From contig JBIISW010000001.1 of NCBI GenBank assembly GCA_044340865.1, positions 1 to 47,211 of the forward strand: a stretch of DNA of 47,211 bases, written 5' to 3'. Numbering within the stretch: the first letter of the stretch is position 1; every line of letters begins with the position of its first letter. The notes below the pieces were generated by a model. That model was not told the DNA's origin, did not search any database, and worked only from the letters and a program-made list of their open reading frames with translations. Positions 18,268-27,532 of the stretch are shown here, one piece after another. This DNA is from Bacteroidia bacterium. Its GTDB lineage: Bacteria; Bacteroidota; Bacteroidia; B-17B0; Aurantibacillaceae. The position numbers were made by a program, and so were the translations under genes.

Positions 18268-19317
18268 CTATAAAATCAACATCGCATCTCCGTATGAATA
18301 GAATCTATATTTTTCTTTAATAGCTTCTTTGTATGCTTTCATAATTAAATCATAACCACCAAAAGCAGCAACTTGCATTAACAAAGTTGATTCAGGCATA
18401 TGAAAATTTGTTATCATACAATTAGCCACTGAAAAATCATAGGGAGGGAAAATGAATTTATTAGTCCAGCCAGCATATGGATTTACATGTCCAGTTGTTG
18501 AAACAGAAGATTCTAATGTTCTCATAACAGTTGTACCAACAGCACATACTTTTTTCTTTTTGTCTTTTGCTTTATTAATTATCTTACAATTGTCTTCTGT
18601 AATTAAAGCATCTTCGCTGTCCATTTTATGTTTAGTTAAATCTTCCACTTCTACCATTCTAAATGTTCCTAAACCAATATGCAATGTTATATTAGCATAA
18701 TCTACCCCTTTAATTTCTAATCGTTTTAACAACTCTCTACTAAAGTGTAACCCTGCTGTTGGAGCTGCAACAGCGCCTTCATTTTTAGCAAATACGGTTT
18801 GATAACGATCAATATCGCTTTCTTCAACAGCACGCTTGATGTATTTTGGTAAAGGTGTTTCACCTAAATCATACAAGGCTTTTCTAAAATCTTCGTAAGG
18901 TCCATCAAATAAAAAACGAAGTGTTCTTCCTCTTGACGTTGTATTATCAATTACTTCAGCAACAACATTGTCATTTTCGCCGAAATATAATTTATTACCA
19001 ATTCTAATTTTACGAGCTGGATCAACTAAAACATCCCATAAACGACTTTCTTTATTTAATTCTCTTAGCAAGAATACTTCAATTTTAGCACCTGTTTTTT
19101 CTTTATTACCATACATTCGAGCCGGAAATACTTTGGTGTCATTTAACACCATAACATCACCTTCGTCAAAGTAGTTAATAACATCTTTAAATTTTTTATG
19201 TGTGATTTTTCCAGTAGCTCTATCAACCACCATTAATTTACTTTCATCACGATTTTTTGAAGGATACTCTGCCAATAATTCTTTAGGCAGATTAAATTTA
19301 AACATGGACAGTTTCAT
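18268..19317 (-). CDS. queA: S-adenosylmethionine:tRNA ribosyltransferase-isomerase QueA
   Basis: [23 protein letters not shown] and [12 protein letters not shown] are QueA-conserved blocks. Length is 349 aa. Confidence 0.92.
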   Translation of the reverse strand: MKLSMFKFNLPKELLAEYPSKNRDESKLMVVDRATGKITHKKFKDVINYFDEGDVMVLNDTKVFPARMYGNKEKTGAKIEVFLLRELNKESRLWDVLVDPARKIRIGNKLYFGENDNVVAEVIDNTTSRGRTLRFLFDGPYEDFRKALYDLGETPLPKYIKRAVEESDIDRYQTVFAKNEGAVAAPTAGLHFSRELLKRLEIKGVDYANITLHIGLGTFRMVEVEDLTKHKMDSEDALITEDNCKIINKAKDKKKKVCAVGTTVMRTLESSVSTTGHVNPYAGWTNKFIFPPYDFSVANCMITNFHMPESTLLMQVAAFGGYDLIMKAYKEAIKEKYRFYSYGDAMLIL

Positions 19318-19476
19318 ATCTGTTATAATTTTAATATAAGACAGAACAAAATAGGCTTTAACGCCATTTTATAATCTTACGGGATTAATTTAGAGTGCAA
19401 AAGTAAGAAAAATGAATGAATTAATGAAATATATTATTGATTTTGAAGGTTTTCGGTACTAAAAATCAAACATTAA

Positions 19477-19854
19477 TTAGTTTTGACTAATGTAATTAAA
19501 CTTTAAACCTGTTATTTCTTCAAATACCTCTCCTGCTTCTTTTAGTTCAGAATCATCTTCGTCTACTATCCAATTTACAATAGTATTAGATTTAACTTCA
19601 GGAGATGTATTAGCAACTTTAGAGAATAAATTAAGCAAACATTTAGAAGAGCCCGTATTAAAATAATCTAGGTAAATATCAATAATTAATTGGTTGTTAG
19701 AGGTCAAATAATTTTCTAAAATATCTACCACGGGTTGAAAAAAATGAATGGGGTTTTCCGGTGTGCATATCCCTTTGATAAACAATTTATGTTCTTGATC
19801 ATCGAAAATAATTTCGGGTGAACTCTTAGTGGATACGATATGCAATAGTTTCAT
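19477..19854 (-). CDS. DUF1987 (SiaC-like) protein, paralog B
   Basis: 125 aa. SSPEIIFD...LFIKGICTPENPIHFFQPVVD...LDYFNTGSSK...VNWIVDEDD follows the DUF1987 pattern I recall from P. aeruginosa SiaC (TP.I.f....l.i.G.S.PEN..........Y.NTSS.......W.Y...DE). The conserved Thr is T67 (nt 19654-19656). Confidence 0.8.
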   Translation of the reverse strand: MKLLHIVSTKSSPEIIFDDQEHKLFIKGICTPENPIHFFQPVVDILENYLTSNNQLIIDIYLDYFNTGSSKCLLNLFSKVANTSPEVKSNTIVNWIVDEDDSELKEAGEVFEEITGLKFNYISQN

Positions 19855-19893
19855 GATAATAAAATTATAATTTTTAAACTAATTAATTAAAAA

Positions 19894-20265
19894 TTAAATG
19901 ATTTCAAATTCAAACTTTGATTTAGCACTATGTTCTAAATCTTTTCCTAAATCTAAATTATCTTCATCATCTGCTTCATATCGCCAAACAATGGTAATCG
20001 TTTTACATTTGTCTTTTAATAAATTGACCTTTTTAATAATTTCAATAAATGCCCGTGTAGAAGAAGTGTTAATGTATTCGATTTCGAAAACCAACTTAAT
20101 ATCACTAGGCATATTACTTTCTAGATCTTTAATCCAATTGATTACAGGTGTGTAAAAATTAGTAATGTTTTCGGGAATAGAAACCCCTTTAATTACTAAT
20201 TGACCACCTAAATTGAAATTAATTTCAGGAGTTTCAGCTGTTTGTTTTACAATTAAATTTTCCAT
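19894..20265 (-). CDS. DUF1987 (SiaC-like) protein, paralog A
   Basis: 123 aa. ETPEINFNLGGQLVIKGVSIPENITNFYTPVINWI...IEYINTSSTRAF...IVWRYEADDEDN. The conserved Thr is T67 (nt 20065-20067). The gene lies 51 nt downstream of the PP2C receptor gene on the same strand. Confidence 0.8.
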   Translation of the reverse strand: MENLIVKQTAETPEINFNLGGQLVIKGVSIPENITNFYTPVINWIKDLESNMPSDIKLVFEIEYINTSSTRAFIEIIKKVNLLKDKCKTITIVWRYEADDEDNLDLGKDLEHSAKSKFEFEII

Positions 20266-20316
20266 TTTATAATTTATTTTGCTTTTTTAAATGTTATTTA
20301 TGTTTTGTTTATTGGT

Positions 20317-23300
20317 TTAATCAATTACTTTTTTATGAGGAATAATCGAAAATGAAACTACGGTAATGTCATCCGTTTGTTGATGAATACCGATAAATTG
20401 ATCCATCTCTTTGCTTAAAATTTGTTCTTTTTCAATGCCGGATTTAGGTATAATTGATTTCAGTAAATCAATAGTTCGTTTCTTTGAAAAGCGTTTATAA
20501 TGATTACCCCCTAACTGATCTTGATAGCCATCGGTTGCCATATAAAAACATTCATCACCAGTAACGTTAATTTCAATTGTTTTAAACTTAAAATCATCAT
20601 CTCTGTAATCACCAATTGATTTACGTTGTCCTTTTATGTAAAACTCTTGATCATCGATGAAATATAATAATCCTAATCCTGCTCCTGCAAAACTTAACTT
20701 ATTAGCTTTGGTATCAATCACACAAAGCCCAATTTCCATTCCATCTCTAATTATGTCATGCTCTTTATTATTTAATGACAAATAAATTTGATCATCTAAT
20801 TTCATTAAAATCTCTGCAGGATTTGTAATTTTTTCTATATCAACTATTTGTTCCAAAATTCTACTTCCAATTAGTGTTAAGAAAGCACCTGGAACACCGT
20901 GCCCTGTACAATCTGCAACAGCTATAAAGGTTAATCCATTTTTTTCTTTTGCCCAATAAAAATCTCCACTCACAATATTTCTAGGTTTGAAATATAAACT
21001 AATATCACTGAATGTTTTGGTGAGTTTTGTTATCTCAGGTAATATGGTGCGTTGTATATTTTGAGCGTAGTTTAAACTATCAATATTATCTTTATTGATT
21101 TGCAATAGTTCATTTTTTAAATCAAGCTGTTTAATGGCAACAGAAAGTAATAATGTAATCGACTCTAAATTTTTAATTTCATTATCGGTTAAATCAAATA
21201 CACGACCAAGAGAAACATGAATACCCGCAATTAACCTATCACCATCCATAATGGGCAATAATATGTAGGAAATAACATTAATATGCCTATTGTCTAAATC
21301 AGAAACAGAAACCTCTTTCGCGGTTTTAAGATTACGTTCAATAAAAATTTCACCTTTTTGTAAAGTGCTTGTACTTCTTGTAGTAGACATTGGGATGACA
21401 AGTTTATTAAATTGATTGTCTACTATTTCATAACCACTAAAATGATCATTTTTATCATTTACTTTTGCTAATGCTAAACTTACACAACCTTTAGTCTGAC
21501 TTTTTATAAAGCTTAATGTTTTAAAGGCTAGTTCTTCATAAGATTGAGAGTTAATAATATTTTGTTGCAATGTGTTTTTGTATTCTAAATCACTTGATAA
21601 TTGCAACAACACATTTCTATTTTTAACTTTTTCTGTTATTTCTGTAACGACTTCAATTTGTTGAACAACATTTCCATTATCATCTTTTATAACGGTATTA
21701 GTCAACTCCACCCATTTAATTTTTTTACTTGTTGTTATGATTTCGATTTCTTTACTAAAATTAGTACCATTTAATACATCAATTTCATTTTCAAAATCTT
21801 TTCCATTAGGATTGAATAGATCTCTTGGTCTATTACCAATTAAATCCCCTAGAGAGATTTCAACCATATCTAAATAGCCTTGATTAGCCCATATGACTCT
21901 ACCAAGCTGATCAGCCACTAAAATACCATTTGTGGTTTTTTCAGCAACAATAGATAATTGTTTTAACTCTAATTCAATTTTCTTTTTTTCAGTGATGTCT
22001 GAACAAATTCCTGAACTCTTAAAATAAAATCCATTTACATCTTTGATACCAAATGATTTTTCGTGTATCCATTTAATAGAATTATTTACCTTTATTCTAT
22101 ACTCTATTTCATAAAAACCATTTAAGGCTAAATTTTTATGCGAATTGTATATAATACTTTGATCAGATTCGAGAATATAGTTTTTCCAATAATCAAACTG
22201 TGAGTAATACTCGATTGGTTTTACGCCAAATATTTTTTCAGAAGATGGACTTACATAAAGTAATTTCTTTGATTTTAAATCGTATAACCAAAACACATCA
22301 TCAATGGTTTCGTTTAACATTCTAAAATTACTTTCGCTTTCTTTAATTGCTAACTCGGCCGATTTTCTTTTTTCAGTTTCTAATGAAATAGAAATTATTT
22401 CTGCAACAGACCGAGCAAAGTTTAAATCTTCATTATCCCAAACTCTAAAGCTTGTTGTCATTTCACAACAAACTAAGCCAGATAATTTACCATTTAAAAA
22501 CATGGGAACATCTAATAATGATTTAATATCATTGTCAGGAGATAAACAAAAATCACTTGTATAGTCGTGTTCACATATATTGTTGGCTATAATTGTTTTT
22601 CCTTCTGTGAGTGCTGAGAAATACTTAGGGTAATCTTTCCCTAAAATAACTTCACCTTGATCAAAATCTTTCGTTCCTGTACTATATGCATTTAGACTAA
22701 CTACTTTATCATCAAAATGATTCCAAATAGAAATACGATCTATTTTTAATGCATTAGAAGATTTAATTAAAATATCTTGTACTATTTCGTCTAAATTTGA
22801 ATCGGCTGTATTAGGATTAGTAGTTAATTGATGTAACACCTGATTATAGGTATACATTTTTTCTTGTCTTTTAACTTTTTCTAATTCAGTGTTTTTTAAT
22901 GTTGTGATATCCCTTGTGATGGCTGAGAAGGATACTATTTCTCCAACTTCATTTCTATAAACAATTACTTTTTGTGAAACCCAAAACTCTTTTTTGTTTT
23001 TTGAGGTTACAGGAAATTCAAGAACATCAAAGTCATTTTGATTCGTGGATAATTCTGAATAAAATTTTATAACTTGTAATTTATTATTACCACTAACGAT
23101 AGATGTGAAATGTTGTCCTAATAATTCTTCGGAAGAAAAGCCTAAAATTCGTTGCATGGCTTCATTAATGAATGTGAAATAGCCAGAACCATCTGCCTCA
23201 AAAATAATATCTGGGGCATTTTGAACTAAATTCTTATACTGTTCACGAGCTTTTACTTGTTCGGTCACATCCTGCCCAATACCAACAAATAAATCATTTG

Positions 23301-26300
23301 AGTGTTTAGAATCTGTCCATTGAATGTGCTTATAATCACCATTTTTACATTTTAATTTTCTGATGTAAACTCTATCTTTTACATATTTTTCAGAATAATC
23401 AGAAAATGCATATTCTTTATCTTGGGTTAAAGTCCAAAATGCCATTCCTTTAACTTCTTCACTAGTATAGCCTAATATTTTGCTAATATTTTCGCTACAA
23501 TAAATAACCTTTCCCATCTTATCAGTACCGAGTACTAATGAACTACCGTTATTAACGATGTTATTTGTAAATAATAATTTTTCGGTATTATTTAATCGGA
23601 TAATGTACCTCGCATGATTTAATTTAGTGACAAACAATGTAACAAACGCATAAACAATAGCAATATTAAAATCCATATTTGGATTGAAAAATAAAGCAAA
23701 AGAAAATAAAACTAAAAAGAATACATAAATCCAATAATGTTTAATGTTTTTAAAAACAGAAAATGAGAAAAATAAAACTAAACAATGACTTGCAAACGTA
23801 ATTAATTCGAAAGGTAAAACCCAGATTTTTATCGCATGCGACACAAAATAGGCTAAGAATAATATAACAACTGCAACCGAGAGGTATTTGTAAACAAATT
23901 TACTTTTAAAGCTTAAATAGTAAGAAACAATACAGAAAAAACCAATAGAAAAATTGAAATACAGTTCACTATGAACTCTTAAATGAAATATTTCAAAAAA
24001 GAATTCAACTAAAGGTGCAAAAGTTCCAAAAAATAATAGAAACATTCGATTGGCTTTATTATCCTCTTCAAGCGAATTATTTGTCTCTTTTACATAATCA
24101 GGATTAAACGTTGAAAATTTATTAAATAAAAAATAAATAACGAGTGCTAGTAAAATAAAGACACTTGTGATAAACCACCAACTTAAGTAAAATGGTATTT
24201 TAATTGAAAATGATAAACGGGTTTCTTGACTTAAATCTTTACCAGTTACATCAACAAGTTTAACCTTAAAAACATAATCTCCTGAACGAAGTTTAGAGTA
24301 AGTAATTTCATTTAATAAGCTAGGATTTGACCAATCAGCATCTGCACCTTCTAATTTAAATGCAAAATAAAGCTTGTCATTAATTTCAGAATTGATACAA
24401 CTAAAACGAAATGTTAGTTGATTGTCTTCAGTATTAAATATAAATCCACTATCAGGAATATTATTCCATTTATCTTTACTAGCATCTGTTGTCCAATCAA
24501 TATTTTTATTTAATACTTTTAAATCTGTAATAACGACTTGTCGAGGAATTTCATTATCAATTTTTGAGGCAGTCAGGCATTTAACAATTCCTATTCCCGT
24601 TCCTAAATAAATATTTCCTTCGTTATCAATGAATTGAGCTCGTGTGTTGGTTTCTAATCCCTTAAAGCCATTTTTTGAATTATAATTTTTAACAGAAACA
24701 ATTTCTCCCTTATCATTGACGGAAATTTTATCTAATCCTAAATTAGAACCTGCCCAAATGTTACCAAATTTATCTGCAATTAATGTGTAAATGACAGTAG
24801 ATGTTAATCCATTTTTTTTATTGAATTCTTTTTTGCCATTTTTACCATAAGAAAAAATATAATCTAAGCCCGCAAACCAATAATTACCGAAACAATCTTT
24901 AGTTGAAATAGAAAAAGGTGAAACTATTTTAGCATCCGATTTTTTAAAAACATTTGGTGATTCTTCTGTAAGAATAAAAAGGCCATGATTCGAACCTATA
25001 TACCACTTATTTGGTTCAAACTGATTAATGGTATAAACATAATCATCAAGCTCATTAATTTTTTCAGGTATTTTCGTAATGAAATTAAACTTCTCATCGG
25101 TTATTAATAATCCGCCTCCATAACTTCCAAAAAAATACCTGTTTTTTTTATCTTGAAAAATTGCAACAATAGCCTTTGTTTCATCAGTAAAATAAGGAAG
25201 TGAAATGTCAACTAATTTGTCATTCTTGATTATCTGAATTCCTTTTTTTGAACCAAAAATTATTTCATTAGCATTATTTTTAAAAATAACACTTGCTCCT
25301 TTTGAAACGTTTGCATATGTTTTTTGAAACGTTAACTGACCTAAATTATTCTCAGAAAATTTAAGCAGTCCTTTTTTATTCATTCCAACATATACATCTG
25401 ATTTATCTTTCAAAATCGAAAAAATAGCTGGCTTGTTTAATTCTTCAACATTTGTATAACTAATAAATAGTTGCTTTCCAGTTTTTAATAATCCAAAACC
25501 TTGCGTTCCAAAATACATGTTTCCGGAACGATCTTGCATAAAACAAAGGATGTTATCTCCAATAAATCCATTATTCTTATTAAATTTCTCAATTGATTTA
25601 CCATTATACATGAGTAAATCTTGCTGCTGATCGCCTGAAATCCAAAGATTATTTTCTTTACTGACAAATATATATTTCGGTTTAAAATTTAATGGCGTTG
25701 CCATTATTTGAATTGCAGAATAATTTAAATTAGACTGATTTATTTTATAGATACCTCCTTTTTCAGAAATAGCGATAATTTCACTTAAATTATTTTTACA
25801 AATAGATGTGTGCCCATTAAAAAGTTCTGGTAAAAGAGTAATGATAGTTTTATTTAAAACAAAAAGTCCTTTAGAACCACCAATTAATAAATTACCATTA
25901 TTATCAATCTCTGCTGAACTAACTTCACCAAAGGTATTATTATGGTAAATAATATTTTCGACGGAATAATCTCTTTTTAGTAATACGATTTCTTTATCAC
26001 CAATACAATAAATCCCTTTTGTACTTTTTACTAATTTATAGATATAATTAGACTTTAGTGTTTTAGTTAAAATGTCATAAGTTTTGAAAAACTTGTCTCC
26101 ATTAAACACTGAAATACCATTGAATTTAGAGGCTACAATTAAATTTAAATTATCATCTTCAATTATATCTGTAATTGAAGTTCCTTTTAATTCGTTACTA
26201 GCATCGTATATTTTAAAAGACAAACCATCACTTTTAACTAATCCACCTCCATCTGTACCAATCCAAATAAGTCCACGTGAATCTTGTTCAAGTGCAGTTA

Positions 26301-26421
26301 TTACAGAAGATGGAAGACCTTGTTCTTGATTTATTTGCTGAAATTCATAAACCTGAGCGTGACTAATCATGCTCATTATTAAAAACAATATGTTGTAAAA
26401 ATGCTTCAAAAAACAGTTCAA
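20317..26421 (-). CDS. Giant receptor phosphatase: signal peptide, two-component-regulator propeller repeats, Y_Y_Y domain, 7 TM helices, PAS-PAS-GAF-PAS-PAS-GAF array, PP2C/SpoIIE phosphatase (2034 aa)
   Basis: The TTG start at 26421 gives a signal-peptide-like N-terminus (the ATG at codon 16 would remove it). aa ~25-640 carry repeated blades (LIWIGTDGGGL, MYFGTQGFGLL, YFFGSYGGGLL, NIWAGSNLGL, NIYLGTGIGI). The Y_Y_Y-type motif is YSKLRSGDYVFKVKLVD. Seven hydrophobic helices lie at nt ~23640-24190 with positive-inside loops. PAS-like cores include GKVIYCSENISKILGYTSEEVKG, GYFTFINEAMQRILGFSSEELLG, LLYVSPSSEKIFG and GRVIWANQGYLDMVEISLGDLIG. The C-terminal PP2C motifs are SGDFYW, ADCTGHGVPGAF, ATDGYQDQ and TDDITVVSF. 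Confidence 0.85.
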   Translation of the reverse strand: MNCFLKHFYNILFLIMSMISHAQVYEFQQINQEQGLPSSVITALEQDSRGLIWIGTDGGGLVKSDGLSFKIYDASNELKGTSITDIIEDDNLNLIVASKFNGISVFNGDKFFKTYDILTKTLKSNYIYKLVKSTKGIYCIGDKEIVLLKRDYSVENIIYHNNTFGEVSSAEIDNNGNLLIGGSKGLFVLNKTIITLLPELFNGHTSICKNNLSEIIAISEKGGIYKINQSNLNYSAIQIMATPLNFKPKYIFVSKENNLWISGDQQQDLLMYNGKSIEKFNKNNGFIGDNILCFMQDRSGNMYFGTQGFGLLKTGKQLFISYTNVEELNKPAIFSILKDKSDVYVGMNKKGLLKFSENNLGQLTFQKTYANVSKGASVIFKNNANEIIFGSKKGIQIIKNDKLVDISLPYFTDETKAIVAIFQDKKNRYFFGSYGGGLLITDEKFNFITKIPEKINELDDYVYTINQFEPNKWYIGSNHGLFILTEESPNVFKKSDAKIVSPFSISTKDCFGNYWFAGLDYIFSYGKNGKKEFNKKNGLTSTVIYTLIADKFGNIWAGSNLGLDKISVNDKGEIVSVKNYNSKNGFKGLETNTRAQFIDNEGNIYLGTGIGIVKCLTASKIDNEIPRQVVITDLKVLNKNIDWTTDASKDKWNNIPDSGFIFNTEDNQLTFRFSCINSEINDKLYFAFKLEGADADWSNPSLLNEITYSKLRSGDYVFKVKLVDVTGKDLSQETRLSFSIKIPFYLSWWFITSVFILLALVIYFLFNKFSTFNPDYVKETNNSLEEDNKANRMFLLFFGTFAPLVEFFFEIFHLRVHSELYFNFSIGFFCIVSYYLSFKSKFVYKYLSVAVVILFLAYFVSHAIKIWVLPFELITFASHCLVLFFSFSVFKNIKHYWIYVFFLVLFSFALFFNPNMDFNIAIVYAFVTLFVTKLNHARYIIRLNNTEKLLFTNNIVNNGSSLVLGTDKMGKVIYCSENISKILGYTSEEVKGMAFWTLTQDKEYAFSDYSEKYVKDRVYIRKLKCKNGDYKHIQWTDSKHSNDLFVGIGQDVTEQVKAREQYKNLVQNAPDIIFEADGSGYFTFINEAMQRILGFSSEELLGQHFTSIVSGNNKLQVIKFYSELSTNQNDFDVLEFPVTSKNKKEFWVSQKVIVYRNEVGEIVSFSAITRDITTLKNTELEKVKRQEKMYTYNQVLHQLTTNPNTADSNLDEIVQDILIKSSNALKIDRISIWNHFDDKVVSLNAYSTGTKDFDQGEVILGKDYPKYFSALTEGKTIIANNICEHDYTSDFCLSPDNDIKSLLDVPMFLNGKLSGLVCCEMTTSFRVWDNEDLNFARSVAEIISISLETEKRKSAELAIKESESNFRMLNETIDDVFWLYDLKSKKLLYVSPSSEKIFGVKPIEYYSQFDYWKNYILESDQSIIYNSHKNLALNGFYEIEYRIKVNNSIKWIHEKSFGIKDVNGFYFKSSGICSDITEKKKIELELKQLSIVAEKTTNGILVADQLGRVIWANQGYLDMVEISLGDLIGNRPRDLFNPNGKDFENEIDVLNGTNFSKEIEIITTSKKIKWVELTNTVIKDDNGNVVQQIEVVTEITEKVKNRNVLLQLSSDLEYKNTLQQNIINSQSYEELAFKTLSFIKSQTKGCVSLALAKVNDKNDHFSGYEIVDNQFNKLVIPMSTTRSTSTLQKGEIFIERNLKTAKEVSVSDLDNRHINVISYILLPIMDGDRLIAGIHVSLGRVFDLTDNEIKNLESITLLLSVAIKQLDLKNELLQINKDNIDSLNYAQNIQRTILPEITKLTKTFSDISLYFKPRNIVSGDFYWAKEKNGLTFIAVADCTGHGVPGAFLTLIGSRILEQIVDIEKITNPAEILMKLDDQIYLSLNNKEHDIIRDGMEIGLCVIDTKANKLSFAGAGLGLLYFIDDQEFYIKGQRKSIGDYRDDDFKFKTIEINVTGDECFYMATDGYQDQLGGNHYKRFSKKRTIDLLKSIIPKSGIEKEQILSKEMDQFIGIHQQTDDITVVSFSIIPHKKVID

Positions 26422-26543
26422 TTAAGTTCTATTATCATAATTGACAATAGAAGGTACATAATTACATATTGGCAATTGATGTGCTAATATAAGTATTTTA
26501 TCTACATTTATATATATTTACAAGTTATTAAATAATATTAAGT

Positions 26544-27455
26544 TTGAATGTGTTAAAAAAAACAAATAAACATTTTTTATTACTTCATTTAATAGTTTTT
26601 ATATGGGGCTGGTCGCCTATTTTAGGAAAAGGGATTTCTGCAAATGCCATGCAATTAGTATGGTTTCGGATAGCCATTACAATTCTATTAATGGCTATCT
26701 ATTTAATTTATATAAAAGCCAATTTACTTATTTCAAAACAAAAACTGATTCAATTGATTTTAATAGGTTTTATCATTTGCATCCATTGGCTTTGTTTTTA
26801 TGGTGGAATTAAAGTTTCAAATGTTTCTGTAACCATGGCTGCATTTAGCACAGGTACATTTTTTACTGCTATTGTTGAACCTCTTTTATATAAACGAAAA
26901 TTTATATGGTATGAATTACTCATTGGAATAATTATAATGGGCGCCATATTTCTTATTTTTTCAGCTGAAATACAATTTGGCTTAGGAATTTTACTTGGCA
27001 CTTTAGCTGCATTTACAGCGTCCTTATTTAGTGTGTTAAATGGTTTATTAATTCAAGACAGTCAATCACCAATAACATCACCCGTTTTATCATTTATTGA
27101 ATTAACTGCGGCACTTATCGGATTAAGTGTTTATTTATTTTTTAATCATGATTTTTCCGTTTCTTTCTTTTCAATTACGAGTAAAGACATTCTCCTTTTA
27201 TCAATATTAGCAGGAGTTTGCACGGTTTATCCTTTTATTGCAAGTGTTAATCTTATGAAATATATTAGTCCATATACAATTAACTTAACCGTTAATTTAG
27301 AAGGTGTTTATGGTATTATTTTAGCAAGTATTATCTTTCACGAAAACAAGGATTTGTCTGTTACCTTTTACATTGGATTCAGTATCATATTGTTTGCCAT
27401 ATTTTTAAATGCTTTTTTAAAACAACGATTAAACAAAAAAACACTCATTATTTAA
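26544..27455 (+). CDS. EamA/DMT family transporter
   Basis: Ten hydrophobic helices in two EamA-like halves over 303 aa. The start is uncertain (TTG 26544 or GTG 26550; no in-frame ATG before the first TM helix). Confidence 0.75.
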   Translation: MNVLKKTNKHFLLLHLIVFIWGWSPILGKGISANAMQLVWFRIAITILLMAIYLIYIKANLLISKQKLIQLILIGFIICIHWLCFYGGIKVSNVSVTMAAFSTGTFFTAIVEPLLYKRKFIWYELLIGIIIMGAIFLIFSAEIQFGLGILLGTLAAFTASLFSVLNGLLIQDSQSPITSPVLSFIELTAALIGLSVYLFFNHDFSVSFFSITSKDILLLSILAGVCTVYPFIASVNLMKYISPYTINLTVNLEGVYGIILASIIFHENKDLSVTFYIGFSIILFAIFLNAFLKQRLNKKTLII

Positions 27456-27532
27456 AAATTAGCTATTTTAAAATAGTGTATTAACTATTTTATAACATAA
27501 AACAATACCTTTATCACTTTAAAATTAAAGAT

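Noticed and set aside
19438-19470. TTGATTTT-N17-AAAATCAA inverted repeat downstream of the second DUF1987 gene as an operon terminator
   Set aside because: The stem is 8 bp with only one G-C pair and the loop is 17 nt, so predicted stability is poor. It may still mark the operon end but cannot be supported from sequence alone.
22304-26329. Several 60-86-aa ORFs inside the 2034-aa receptor gene (22304-22564, 24422-24610, 25485-25667, 26084-26329)
   Set aside because: All are nested in a continuous 6.1-kb ORF with coherent domain content. None has an independent motif or spacing.
27456-27532. Possible Mg2+ (M-box) riboswitch upstream of mgtE
   Set aside because: Only 77 nt of almost pure A/T are available. 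That is far shorter and less structured than an M-box aptamer. The only feature is a 14-nt AT palindrome (27463-27476, CTATTTTAAAATAG).
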